Positions 23,667-33,126 of a stretch of 40,899 bases of DNA are shown here, one piece after another (position 1 is the first letter of the stretch; the number at the start of each line of letters is the position of its first letter). A program made the position numbers and the translations under genes. Source of the DNA: Clostridia bacterium. GTDB lineage: Bacteria; Bacillota; Clostridia; Christensenellales; UBA1242. The DNA is taken from NCBI GenBank assembly GCA_045577635.1, contig JAZNIS010000026.1, positions 1-40,899 on the forward strand, read 5' to 3'. Under the pieces are notes generated by a model. The model was not told the DNA's origin and made no database searches. It was given only the letters and a program-made list of their open reading frames with translations.

Positions 23667-23693
23667 AGACAAGTTTTTCAACTTGTCTTTTGT
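23667..23693. terminator. Bidirectional terminator (patatin gene and tmcAL)
   Basis: 9-bp stem AGACAAGTT (23667-23675), loop TTTC, stem AACTTGTCT (23680-23688), then TTTGTT. A-tract upstream. Confidence 0.75.
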
Positions 23694-24947
23694 TTATATT
23701 TTAATGCTTTTTGTTAATAAATCAGGTGTGTATTCAGGAATTGAATTGTTTTTGCGAAGTAGCATATAGTAAACTTGGTTTGCTCTATCTTCAATACTTG
23801 CAAGTTCTTTATAAATTTCACTTTGTTCACTTTCAACATTGTTTACTCTAATAATTAAATTTGTGTTAGCACTTACACTTTTTAATAGTTCGTTGCTATC
23901 GTTTTTAAATGCTAAAACTTTAATGAAAGGTAAAACTTTTAAATCGTAAATTGATTTTACTGCTTTGGCATTAATTTGTAATAAATTACCTAAAACAATT
24001 CTTTTAATTCTGGTGTAAGTGTATCTTTTTGTTTTTACTTGTAATAACAATTCATTTAAATCTTTTGTGTTTCTTGAAAGTTCAAAAAATCTATTTTCTA
24101 AACCTTCGCTAACATCAAACACTTTTTTAATATCTTCTTTACTTGCCATTTTTAAAGAGTATAGGCAAAGATTGTTAAATAGTGTAGTATCAGGAAGTCC
24201 AAATGTTCTCATTTCTTCTTTTAATAAAGAATAGGTGAATTGTGGAACAAGTTTTTTAACCGATCTAACTTTTCCGGTTTTATATAATCTTGCTCTAATT
24301 GCAGTGGCACTTGTGTTTTTACCAACAACTTCTTCACTAGCATATTCGCTATCGCCCCTTGTTGTAAACACAGGGATAATGTTGCTGTTTGTTTTAATTA
24401 GTGCTTTTAAATATTCAATAGCTAAAATATTGTTTGGTTGTTTTAAAATGTTGCCAACTTCTGTAATTTCACTAAATGAAATTTTTTCTTCTTTAACAAG
24501 TTCTTCAATTGCTTTTTCTCTACTAACAACTAACGAATTTCCTTCGTCTAAATATTTTTTTAGGGCAGTTTGATATTCTTTTGGTTCTTTTGCTAAAAAG
24601 TTTGCAAGTTCTTTAAGTAGTTCAGTGTTTTCTGTTTCGCAACCAAAAGCAAGGTGGGTAACATTTTCAAAACTGTTTGCAATTTTAACACCAGCCATAG
24701 CAAAAATTTCGGCAGAAGCAGTGGCATAAGCTGTTGGCATTTGAACAACAATATCTGCTCCAGCTTCTAAGGCAATTCTTGCTCTAACATGTTTATTTAA
24801 AATGCAAGGTTCGCCTCTTTGAGTAAAGTTACCACTTAAAATAACCATAACGGCATCGGCACCACTTTGTTTTTTTGCATCGGTAATATGTTTTAAATGA
24901 CCGTAATGAAACGGGTTATATTCACTAATAATTGCACAAATTTTCAT
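23694..24947 (-). CDS. tmcAL: tRNA(Met) cytidine acetate ligase (YlbM/UPF0348 nucleotidyltransferase family)
   Basis: The N-terminal MKICAIISEYNPFHYGHLKHI (HxGH nucleotidyltransferase motif) and the 417-aa length are typical of YlbM/TmcAL. SD AGGTGA. Confidence 0.85.
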   Translation of the reverse strand: MKICAIISEYNPFHYGHLKHITDAKKQSGADAVMVILSGNFTQRGEPCILNKHVRARIALEAGADIVVQMPTAYATASAEIFAMAGVKIANSFENVTHLAFGCETENTELLKELANFLAKEPKEYQTALKKYLDEGNSLVVSREKAIEELVKEEKISFSEITEVGNILKQPNNILAIEYLKALIKTNSNIIPVFTTRGDSEYASEEVVGKNTSATAIRARLYKTGKVRSVKKLVPQFTYSLLKEEMRTFGLPDTTLFNNLCLYSLKMASKEDIKKVFDVSEGLENRFFELSRNTKDLNELLLQVKTKRYTYTRIKRIVLGNLLQINAKAVKSIYDLKVLPFIKVLAFKNDSNELLKSVSANTNLIIRVNNVESEQSEIYKELASIEDRANQVYYMLLRKNNSIPEYTPDLLTKSIKI

Positions 24948-24966
24948 AATTCATCACCTGTTTTAT

Positions 24967-24994
24967 TTTACAAATTTTCGTAATTCATTATAAT
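24967..24994 (+). promoter_or_regulatory. Putative sigma-A promoter for pta-ackA
   Basis: TTTACA (24967-24972), 16-nt spacer, TATAAT (24989-24994). Confidence 0.5.
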
Positions 24995-25063
24995 ACATTA
25001 TACAATAATAATTTATGTTTTAGCAAAACAAAAAACAAAAATAATAAAAAATATGGAGATTTT

Positions 25064-26077
25064 ATGGATATTAAAGGTATAAATTCAGCTTTTGAAAAAG
25101 AACTTTTAGAAAATGCTAAAAACAAAAACAAGACAATTGTTTTACCAGAAGCAGGGATGAATGAAGAAGTTATGATGGCTGGTATTATGGCAGCCGAAAA
25201 CAAAATTGCTAAAATGGTTTTACTAGTTTCCGATAATAAATTAGTAGAAAAACACAATGTTACAGAAAGTGAATATTTAAGAGTTGTTAACATTAATAAT
25301 TCTGATTTAACACCGGTTTTAGCAAATGCATTACACTTAAAAAGACAAGATAAAGGTGTAACACTTGAAGGTGCTTTTGACCTACTAAAAAATCCTATGT
25401 ATTTTGCAACAATGATGGTTGAATTAAGTTTGGTAGATGGTCAAGTTGGTGGGGCAGAATTTACAACTGCAGATGCTTTAAGACCAGCTCTTCAAATTAT
25501 TAAAGGCAAAACTAAAGAATCTTTAATTTCTAGTTACATGATTATGATTTCTGAAAATAAAGAATTTGGTGATAACGGTGTTGTTGTGTTATCTGACTGT
25601 GGTTTAAACATTGACCCAACAGCTCCACAACTAAAACAAATTTGTTTTGACACTGTTAATTCAGCTAAAACTGTTGCAAACATTAAAGTTCCAAGAGCGG
25701 CAATGTTAAGCTATTCAACAAAAGGTAGTGCAGATGGCGATAGTGCTTTAAAGGTTAGAGAAGCAACAAGTTTAATTTTAGAAAGTAATCCTGATTTTAT
25801 TGTTGATGGCGAATTCCAATTTGATTCAGCAGTAGTTCCTTCTGTATGTGCTAAAAAAGCACCAGGAAGCAAGGTTGAAGGTAAAGCAAATGTTTTAATT
25901 TTCCCAGACCTTCAAAGCGGTAACATTGCTTATAAAATTATGCAAAGATTTGCAGGATTTAAATGTATTGGACCTATCACACAAGGTTTCAGAAAACCTG
26001 TTAACGATTTAAGCCGTGGTGCAGACAGAAACGAAATTTTAAGAGCAATTGCTATAACTGTTTTACAGACAGAATAG
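25064..26077 (+). CDS. pta: Phosphate acetyltransferase
   Basis: Short (about 335 aa) clostridial-type Pta with conserved blocks: IVLPEAGMNEEV, ATMMVELSLVDGQVGGA, SDCGLNIDP, SYSTKGSA, NVLIFPDLQSGNIAYK. Confidence 0.93.
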   Translation: MDIKGINSAFEKELLENAKNKNKTIVLPEAGMNEEVMMAGIMAAENKIAKMVLLVSDNKLVEKHNVTESEYLRVVNINNSDLTPVLANALHLKRQDKGVTLEGAFDLLKNPMYFATMMVELSLVDGQVGGAEFTTADALRPALQIIKGKTKESLISSYMIMISENKEFGDNGVVVLSDCGLNIDPTAPQLKQICFDTVNSAKTVANIKVPRAAMLSYSTKGSADGDSALKVREATSLILESNPDFIVDGEFQFDSAVVPSVCAKKAPGSKVEGKANVLIFPDLQSGNIAYKIMQRFAGFKCIGPITQGFRKPVNDLSRGADRNEILRAIAITVLQTE

Positions 26078-26147
26078 TTTTGTTGAAATATTTAATTTTT
26101 TGTGATAATATAGTTGATGTAAAATAAAGAAAATAAAGGAATTAGTT

Positions 26148-27329
26148 ATGAAAATTTTAGTTATTAATGCAGGTAGTTCAAGTTTAAAATTTCAACTTCT
26201 AAATATGGAAGATGAATCAGTAATTGCAAAAGGTAATTGCGAAAGAATTGGTATTGATGATTCGTTTTTAACCTATAAAGCAAACGGAAAAGCATACACA
26301 ACAAAATATGTTATGCCTTCTCATGTTGAAGCTATGGAATATGTTATTAAAACATTAACCGATAGCGAAATTGGTGTTATTAAAAGTATTAAAGAAATTT
26401 CTGGTTTTGGCCACCGTGTTGTTAATGTTGGCGAAACTTACTTTGATAGTGTAGTTGTTACACCAGAAGTTTTAGCTGATTTTAAAACAAAAGTCGATTT
26501 TTCACCACTTCATGTGCCAGGTTCAATTAATGGCATGGAAGCATGTTTAAAAATTGCTCCAAACATTAAAAATGTAGCCGTTTTTGATATTGGTTTCCAC
26601 AAAACATTACCAGATTATGTTTATCGTTATGCACTTCCTAAACAAGATTACGAAGAACTTAAAATTCGTAAGTATGGTGCTCATGGAACAAGTCACCGTT
26701 ATGTGTCTCAAGAATGTGCAAAACTATTAGGTGGAGCAAAAGATACAAAAATTGTTACTTGCCATTTGGGTAGTGGTAGCAGTATGTGTGCTGTTTTAAA
26801 CGGAAAAAGTTTTGATACTTCAATGGGCTTTACTCCATTAGAGGGTTTAGTAATGGGAACCAGAACAGGTGATATTGATCCTTCTGTTGTAAGTTTCTTA
26901 TGTGAAAAAAGAGGATTTACTGTTAAAGAAGCAGTTAATTACTTAAATAAAAAGAGTGGTATGTTAGGTTTGTGTGGATACTCTGACATGAGAGATATTG
27001 AAGCAAATTTAGATAATGCTGATTGCAAATTAGCATATGATGCTATGTGCTACCGTATTATTAAATACATTGGTTCATATGCGGCTGCCATGAATGGATT
27101 AGATGCCATTGTATTTACAGGTGGAATTGGCGAAAGAGATCCACTTGTTAGAGAAACAGTTTTAAATAATTTAACTTATTTAGGTGTTAAGTTTGATGCA
27201 GAAAAAAATCCATCAGTATTTGGTGATTTTGGCGAACTTTCAACCGAAGATAGTAAAGTTAAAGTTTTTGTTATTCCAACAAACGAAGAACTTGTTATTG
27301 CTAGGGAAACAAAACAATTAATTAAATAA
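26148..27329 (+). CDS. ackA: Acetate kinase
   Basis: MKILVINAGSSSLKFQL, GHRVV, YGAHGTSH, CHLGSGSS, TRTGDIDP, VFTGGIGE, IPTNEE. Confidence 0.96.
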   Translation: MKILVINAGSSSLKFQLLNMEDESVIAKGNCERIGIDDSFLTYKANGKAYTTKYVMPSHVEAMEYVIKTLTDSEIGVIKSIKEISGFGHRVVNVGETYFDSVVVTPEVLADFKTKVDFSPLHVPGSINGMEACLKIAPNIKNVAVFDIGFHKTLPDYVYRYALPKQDYEELKIRKYGAHGTSHRYVSQECAKLLGGAKDTKIVTCHLGSGSSMCAVLNGKSFDTSMGFTPLEGLVMGTRTGDIDPSVVSFLCEKRGFTVKEAVNYLNKKSGMLGLCGYSDMRDIEANLDNADCKLAYDAMCYRIIKYIGSYAAAMNGLDAIVFTGGIGERDPLVRETVLNNLTYLGVKFDAEKNPSVFGDFGELSTEDSKVKVFVIPTNEELVIARETKQLIK

Positions 27330-27354
27330 TTTAAAAAAATAATTCATTTTATAA

Positions 27355-27383
27355 TTGACAAATGAACTTAATTGTTCTATACT
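27355..27383 (+). promoter_or_regulatory. Putative sigma-A promoter for rpmF
   Basis: TTGACA (27355-27360), 17-nt spacer, TATACT (27378-27383). An AGGAGG SD follows. Confidence 0.6.
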
Positions 27384-27423
27384 TTGTAAGCGATTTAAAA
27401 AATTTGTTAGGAGGTGCTATTAA

Positions 27424-27621
27424 ATGGCAGTACCAAAGGGAAAGGTTTCTAAAGCAAGACGTAATTCTAGAAAAGCAAACTGGAAAGTTTCAACACCTTC
27501 TATTGTTGAATGTCCTCATTGCCACGAACTAACTGCTCCTCATAGAGCATGCACAAAATGTGGCTACTATGATGGTGTAGAAGTTAAAAAAGTAGGCAAG
27601 GAAACAAAAGAATCTAAATAA
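27424..27621 (+). CDS. rpmF: 50S ribosomal protein L32
   Basis: MAVPKGKVSKARRNSRKANWK plus a CxxC...CxxC zinc ribbon (CPHC...CTKC). Confidence 0.93.
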   Translation: MAVPKGKVSKARRNSRKANWKVSTPSIVECPHCHELTAPHRACTKCGYYDGVEVKKVGKETKESK

Positions 27622-27649
27622 TTCAAGTTTTAGGAATTAAAATAAAATT

Positions 27650-27676
27650 TCGCACAGTTATTTGTGCGATTTTTTT
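27650..27676 (+). terminator. Intrinsic terminator after rpmF
   Basis: Stem TCGCACA (27650-27656), loop GTTATT, stem TGTGCGA (27663-27669), then T7. Confidence 0.75.
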
Positions 27677-27760
27677 ATGCTCATTTTTAAAAAAATATGG
27701 TTAAATTACCTTATTTTTTTTGTTTTTTTATTAAAATAAAAAATAATTTGTTTATTTAAT

Positions 27761-27789
27761 TTAATTAATTAAATAATTTGTGTTAAAAT
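27761..27789 (+). promoter_or_regulatory. Possible extended -10 promoter for plsX-rnc-smc-ftsY
   Basis: TTAATT (27761-27766), 17-nt spacer ending in TGT, TAAAAT (27784-27789). The -35 element is weak. Confidence 0.35.
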
Positions 27790-27820
27790 GTTATTTAGAA
27801 AAAGTATGCTTGGAGTTATT

Positions 27821-28849
27821 ATGTCAAAAATAGTTTTAGATGTTAATGGTGCAGATTATTCACCGGGAGAATTAGTTTTAGGGGCTGTTAAAGCTGTTAA
27901 TAACCACGAAGATTTAATTATGATTTTGTGTGGACCTCAACAAGAAATTGAAGAAGTTTTAAAAACCCAAACTTATGATAAATCCAGAATTGAAATTATT
28001 AATGCAACCGATACCATTACTAATATGGATGTGCCAACAGTGGCAATTAAACAAAAAACCGAAAGTTCAATGTATAAAGCTTTTGAACTTTTAAGATCAG
28101 ATGATTCGGTTAGTGCAATTGTTAGTGCTGGCTCAACAGGTGCATTACTTACAGGTGCATTTATGCGAATTGGTAGAATTAAAGGTGTTTCAAGACCTGC
28201 ACTTTGTCCAATTTTGCCAACTATTGATAGAGAAGAAGGTATGGTTGCAATTGTTGATAGTGGTGCAAATGTTGATTGCAAACCTTTAAACCTATTACAT
28301 TTTGCAATTATGGGTAATGCTTATTTAAAAAATGTTTATGGTATAGAAAACCCAAGAGTTGCACTTTTAAATATTGGAACCGAAGATAAAAAGGGTAATG
28401 AACTTGCTCATGACACATATCCACTTATAAAAGATTTAGAAGATTTAAACTTTGTTGGTAACATGGAAGGCAGAGATTTATTAAGTGGTAATGTTGATTT
28501 GGTTGTTACTGATGGATTTAGTGGAAATGTTTTATTAAAGAGCACAGAAGGTGCAGTTTTAAATCTACTTAAACTTCTTAAAACCGATATTAAAAGCCAC
28601 ACAGCATCTAAAATTGGTGCATTGTTTATGAAAGGTACTTTTGACCGTATTAAAAAGAGAATGGATTATAATAACAGAGCTGGTGCGGTTTTATTAGGTT
28701 GCAAAAAACTTGTTGTTAAATCTCATGGTAGCAGTAAAGCAGAAAGTATTTATCAAAGTATTTTACTTGCTTACAATATGGATAAAGCAAATTTATGTTC
28801 AATTATTGAAACTGAAATTGGAAAGGTTAAACTAGAAATTAATGAGTAA
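27821..28849 (+). CDS. plsX: Phosphate acyltransferase PlsX
   Basis: MSKIVLDVNGADYSP..., SAGSTGALL, VDSGANVDC, VVTDGFSGNVLLKS, VVKSHGSS. The ORF track opens at ATG 27788, which lies inside the putative -10. ATG 27821 has a GGAG SD at 27812-27815. Confidence 0.93.
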   Translation: MSKIVLDVNGADYSPGELVLGAVKAVNNHEDLIMILCGPQQEIEEVLKTQTYDKSRIEIINATDTITNMDVPTVAIKQKTESSMYKAFELLRSDDSVSAIVSAGSTGALLTGAFMRIGRIKGVSRPALCPILPTIDREEGMVAIVDSGANVDCKPLNLLHFAIMGNAYLKNVYGIENPRVALLNIGTEDKKGNELAHDTYPLIKDLEDLNFVGNMEGRDLLSGNVDLVVTDGFSGNVLLKSTEGAVLNLLKLLKTDIKSHTASKIGALFMKGTFDRIKKRMDYNNRAGAVLLGCKKLVVKSHGSSKAESIYQSILLAYNMDKANLCSIIETEIGKVKLEINE

Positions 28850-29513
28850 TATTGAAGTTTTAGAAAAACAAATTGGCTACACATTTAAAAATAAAGAATT
28901 AATAACAAAGGCATTAACTCATAGTTCGGCACATAAAACTTTCAACTACGAAAGAATGGAGTTTTTAGGTGATAGTTTGTTAAGTGTTATTGTTGCCGAA
29001 TATTTATATAATAACTTTGATAAAGAAGTTGGAAAAATGAGTGTGTTAAGAAGTAATTTAGTTTCAACTAATGCTTTATCTAAAATTGTTTTAAATAATG
29101 GTTGGAAGGAATTAATTGTTGTTGGCCCTAGTGTTGCAAGCACAAATAATATTGCTAAAAATGTTTTAGCTGATATTTTTGAAAGTATTACAGCTGCAAT
29201 ATATTTAGATGGCGGAATGAACGAAACAATTAAATTTGTTAACAAATATGTTTTAAGCGATGTTGATAGTGTTGTTAACACCGATTATAAAACATTATTG
29301 CAAGAAAAAATTGCAGCTGTTAACACAACTGCAAAAATAGAATATAAACTTCTAGAAAGTTTTGGTCCAAGCCATTTATTAACTTTTAAAATAGGATTAT
29401 GTATAAATGGAAATATAGTTGCAACTGCAATTGCTGGAAGTAAAAAATCGGCAGAGCAAATGTGTGCAAAATTATATTTAGATGATATTACAATTCATGG
29501 CTTAAATATTTAG
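28842..29513 (+). CDS. rnc: Ribonuclease III
   Basis: Signature ERMEFLGDSLL, a second acidic block ADIFESITAAIYLDGG, and a C-terminal dsRBD. Overlaps plsX by 8 nt. Confidence 0.93.
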   Translation: MSNIEVLEKQIGYTFKNKELITKALTHSSAHKTFNYERMEFLGDSLLSVIVAEYLYNNFDKEVGKMSVLRSNLVSTNALSKIVLNNGWKELIVVGPSVASTNNIAKNVLADIFESITAAIYLDGGMNETIKFVNKYVLSDVDSVVNTDYKTLLQEKIAAVNTTAKIEYKLLESFGPSHLLTFKIGLCINGNIVATAIAGSKKSAEQMCAKLYLDDITIHGLNI

Positions 29514-29546
29514 TAATGTTTTTGCTTGATTTTTGGAGGAAGAGTT

Positions 29547-32500
29547 TTGAATTTTAAACAAATAGAAATGGTTGGGTTTAAATCGTTTGCTGACCCAATT
29601 AAAGTTACATTTAATAATGGTATTACTGCAATTGTTGGACCTAATGGTTGTGGTAAAAGTAATGTTGCCGATGCTATTAGATGGGTTCTAGGTGAACAAA
29701 GTAGTAAAATGCTTCGTGGAACAAGTATGCAAGATGTTATCTTTAAAGGAACGGAAAAAAGAAAAAGTATGTCTTTTTGTGAAGTTTCTTTACTTTTTGA
29801 TAATTCAAATAAAATTTTCAAAAGCGAATATGAAGAAATTTGTATTACTCGTAAACTATATCGTAGTGGCGAAAGTGAATATATGCTTAACCACACAAAT
29901 TGTAGGTTAAAAGATATTGTTGAAATTTTACACGATAGTGGTATAGGTAAAAGTGGCTATAGCATTATTGGTCAAGGTAAAGTTGAAGAAATTATTAACT
30001 CAAAACCTATTGATAGAAGGGCTATTTTTGAAGAAGCTGCTGGAATTGCCGGTTTTAAAGCTAAAAAAGTTGATGCTGAAAGAAAACTTGAAAGAACTAG
30101 AGATAATTTAGTTAGAATTACTGATATTGTTTCTGAATTAGATAGGCAATTAAAACCTTTAAGACATCAAGCAGAAGTTGCTAAAAAATATTTAGAACTT
30201 AAAGAAAAATTAAAAGTTTTAGAAGTTAATGCTTATATTTATCAATATGACTATGCAGCATCTAATAAAGCAGAAATTGAAGAAAAAATTAATGCTATTT
30301 TAGAAGAAATGGCTCACAGACAAGGAAAGTTAGATCAAGTAATTTTGGATTATAACAACACCTTTGAAAAGGTTGGGAATATTGATGCTGATATTTCTAA
30401 TTTAAGGGATATTATTTTAAATATTACAGTTCAATTAGAAAAACAAGCAGGGCAAACAAATTTAATTAATGAAAAAATTCAAACCAAAAAATTAGAAGCA
30501 AAAAGGTTGGAAGAAGAGTTAAATCGCATTAATCAAACTGATGAAGCTTTTACAACTGAAAAAACAGAAAAAACAAACGAATTAACAATAAAAAGAAATA
30601 AATTAAATGAATGTAATTCTTTAATCGCGGATGTTACTGTTAAATATGAACAAATTAATGGTGAGTTAACAAAAAGCGAAGATGATGCAAAGGAAACACA
30701 ACGACAACTTTTTGAAACTTTAAGTAAACTAGGTGATGTAAAGGCACAAATTAGTGCTTTAAATGCTGAAAAAACTACTTATAGTGAACAATTAAAAACA
30801 TTAAATTCAAACTTAACAAGTGTTAAATTAAAATTAACTGAAAGCCGTTCAAGTGTTGCAGAAAGTAAAAAGACACTAGATTCTTTATCTAATCGCAAAG
30901 TTGAATTAAACAATGCGGTTAATTCTCATATTGCTGAACAAAACAAATTAGAAGCTGAATATAAACAAGCTGAATCTAATTTAAACACAATTAATTCAAA
31001 CATTTTATCATTAGAACATCGTAAGAAAATGCTTGAAGATATGCAAAGGGAATATGAAGGTTATAATGGAAGTGTTAAACGACTTTTAACAGATGCAGAA
31101 AGAAATGGCAATTTAAAATCTAAAATTGTTGGTGTTTTAGCATCTTTAATTAAAGTGCCACAAAACTATCAAGCGGCAATTGAAATGGCTCTTGGAAGTG
31201 CTGTTCAAAATGTTGTTACTCATAGTGATGATGGTGCAAAAGAATTAATTAATTACTTAAAACAAAGAGAATATGGTAGAGTTACTTTCCTTCCTATAAA
31301 CACAATTAAAGAAAGATACTTTGATAACTCTTATCGTAAACTTCTTAATCAACAAGGTGTTTATGGTGTTGCAAGTGAACTTATTACATATAACAAAAAC
31401 ATTTCAAATGTAGTTTCTAACTTGCTTGGTGGAACTGTTGTTGTAGATAATATTAACACTGCTGTAAATTTGGCTAAACAAAGCCATTATAGTTTCCGTA
31501 TTGTAACACTTGATGGTGATGTTATTAATCCACAAGGTAGTATTACCGGTGGTAGTAAAAAATCACAAGTTGCAAATTTATTATCTAGAGAAACCGATAT
31601 TGAAACATCAAACAAAAATATTCAAAAACTACAACAAGAAAAAGATGAAACTTTAAAGATGGCAGCAACATTATCAAATAAACTTGCAGCAGTTAATGAA
31701 GTTTTAAAACAAAAAAGCAACGAATTAAGGGAAGTTGAATTAAGTTTTGCTACTGAAACTGAAAGGTATGAAAAATATAATTCTATTTCTATAAATTTAG
31801 AATCTGAAGCAAATTCTTTAACGGGTGAAATTGCTAAAACAAATCAAATTATTGAAGCAATTGCAAACGAGGTTGGAAAAATTAGTGATACCGAAAACTT
31901 AAACGAAAATCCAACTAACACCTTTGAACAAAACACAAGTCAATTTAGTCAAATGAGATTAAAAAGAGATGAATATGCTAACGAACTTACAAACCTAAAA
32001 GTTGAACTTGCATCTGTTTCAAGTGAAATTTTAAGTTTAGAAAGTGATATTGATCGTATTAATTTTGCATTAACTAACAATAATAATATTAGAGAAGAAA
32101 TTATTGCTGCAATTAATGAAAACAAAACTCAACTTGCTGGTTTTGAAAGTATGGTTGTTGAAACAACCGAACAAAGTGCTGTTAATTTAGATATTAAAAA
32201 ACTAGATGAAGCAAAAGCACAAGTGGCTGAACTTTCACAACAAAAAATAACTTGCCAAGATACATTAAGAGCTCTTGAAAGCGAAAGAATGGCATTAACA
32301 GCTGAAGTTGATAAGTTACAAGATAAAAAACATCAACAAGATATTGCATTAAGTAAAATTGATACCGATATTGAAACATTACAAGAAAGAGTTTGGACAG
32401 AATATGAATTAACATATAACACAGCACAAGAATATAAATTGCCTGAATTTGATGTTAAACAAGGTTTGGTTGACATTAATAATCTTCGTCGTGAAATCAA

Positions 32501-33125
32501 CAAATTAGGTAATGTAAATGTTAATGCTATTGAAGATGTTAAGTTAATTGAAGAAAGACATGGTAGCATGTACGATCAAGCTCAAGATTTAATTAAGGCC
32601 GAAGATGATTTAAAACAAATCATTAAAGATTTATCTGAAGAAATGACTGCTAGGTTTGATGAGGCATTTACTCAAATTAATGCAAACTTTGGTGTTGTGT
32701 TTAAAGAATTATTTGGTGGTGGTAATGCAAGATTGCAATTAGTTCAAACCGATGAAATGCTTGAAGCAGGTGTTGATATTATGGCTGAACCACCTGGAAA
32801 GAAATTAAGTAATATAACACTATTGTCTGGTGGTGAAAAATCATTAACAGCTATTGCAATTTTATTTGCAATTTTAAGGTTAAGACCAATGCCTTTCTGT
32901 TTATTAGACGAAATTGAAGCGGCATTAGACGAAGCCAATGTTGCCAGATTTGCTAGATATTTGCAAAGATATTCTGAATCTACACAATTTATTGTTATTA
33001 CACACAAAAAACCTACTATGGAACATGCAGATGCTTTATTTGGTGTTACTATGGAAGAAAAGGGTGTTAGTAAGGTTGTTTCGGTAAAACTTACCGATGC
33101 TATTAAAAATATAGAGGAAAAATAA
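29547..33125 (+). CDS. smc: Chromosome partition protein Smc
   Basis: N-terminal FKSFADP...VGPNGCGKSNV. Long coiled coils around a hinge (GVLASLIKVPQNYQAAIEMALG...). C-terminal LSGGEKSLTAIAILFA and FCLLDEIEAALD. The ORF track opens at TTG 29526. TTG 29547 lies 6 nt after GGAGGA (29535-29540) and gives the usual LNFKQIEMVGFKSF-type start. Confidence 0.95.
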   Translation: MNFKQIEMVGFKSFADPIKVTFNNGITAIVGPNGCGKSNVADAIRWVLGEQSSKMLRGTSMQDVIFKGTEKRKSMSFCEVSLLFDNSNKIFKSEYEEICITRKLYRSGESEYMLNHTNCRLKDIVEILHDSGIGKSGYSIIGQGKVEEIINSKPIDRRAIFEEAAGIAGFKAKKVDAERKLERTRDNLVRITDIVSELDRQLKPLRHQAEVAKKYLELKEKLKVLEVNAYIYQYDYAASNKAEIEEKINAILEEMAHRQGKLDQVILDYNNTFEKVGNIDADISNLRDIILNITVQLEKQAGQTNLINEKIQTKKLEAKRLEEELNRINQTDEAFTTEKTEKTNELTIKRNKLNECNSLIADVTVKYEQINGELTKSEDDAKETQRQLFETLSKLGDVKAQISALNAEKTTYSEQLKTLNSNLTSVKLKLTESRSSVAESKKTLDSLSNRKVELNNAVNSHIAEQNKLEAEYKQAESNLNTINSNILSLEHRKKMLEDMQREYEGYNGSVKRLLTDAERNGNLKSKIVGVLASLIKVPQNYQAAIEMALGSAVQNVVTHSDDGAKELINYLKQREYGRVTFLPINTIKERYFDNSYRKLLNQQGVYGVASELITYNKNISNVVSNLLGGTVVVDNINTAVNLAKQSHYSFRIVTLDGDVINPQGSITGGSKKSQVANLLSRETDIETSNKNIQKLQQEKDETLKMAATLSNKLAAVNEVLKQKSNELREVELSFATETERYEKYNSISINLESEANSLTGEIAKTNQIIEAIANEVGKISDTENLNENPTNTFEQNTSQFSQMRLKRDEYANELTNLKVELASVSSEILSLESDIDRINFALTNNNNIREEIIAAINENKTQLAGFESMVVETTEQSAVNLDIKKLDEAKAQVAELSQQKITCQDTLRALESERMALTAEVDKLQDKKHQQDIALSKIDTDIETLQERVWTEYELTYNTAQEYKLPEFDVKQGLVDINNLRREINKLGNVNVNAIEDVKLIEERHGSMYDQAQDLIKAEDDLKQIIKDLSEEMTARFDEAFTQINANFGVVFKELFGGGNARLQLVQTDEMLEAGVDIMAEPPGKKLSNITLLSGGEKSLTAIAILFAILRLRPMPFCLLDEIEAALDEANVARFARYLQRYSESTQFIVITHKKPTMEHADALFGVTMEEKGVSKVVSVKLTDAIKNIEEK

Positions 33126-33126
33126 T

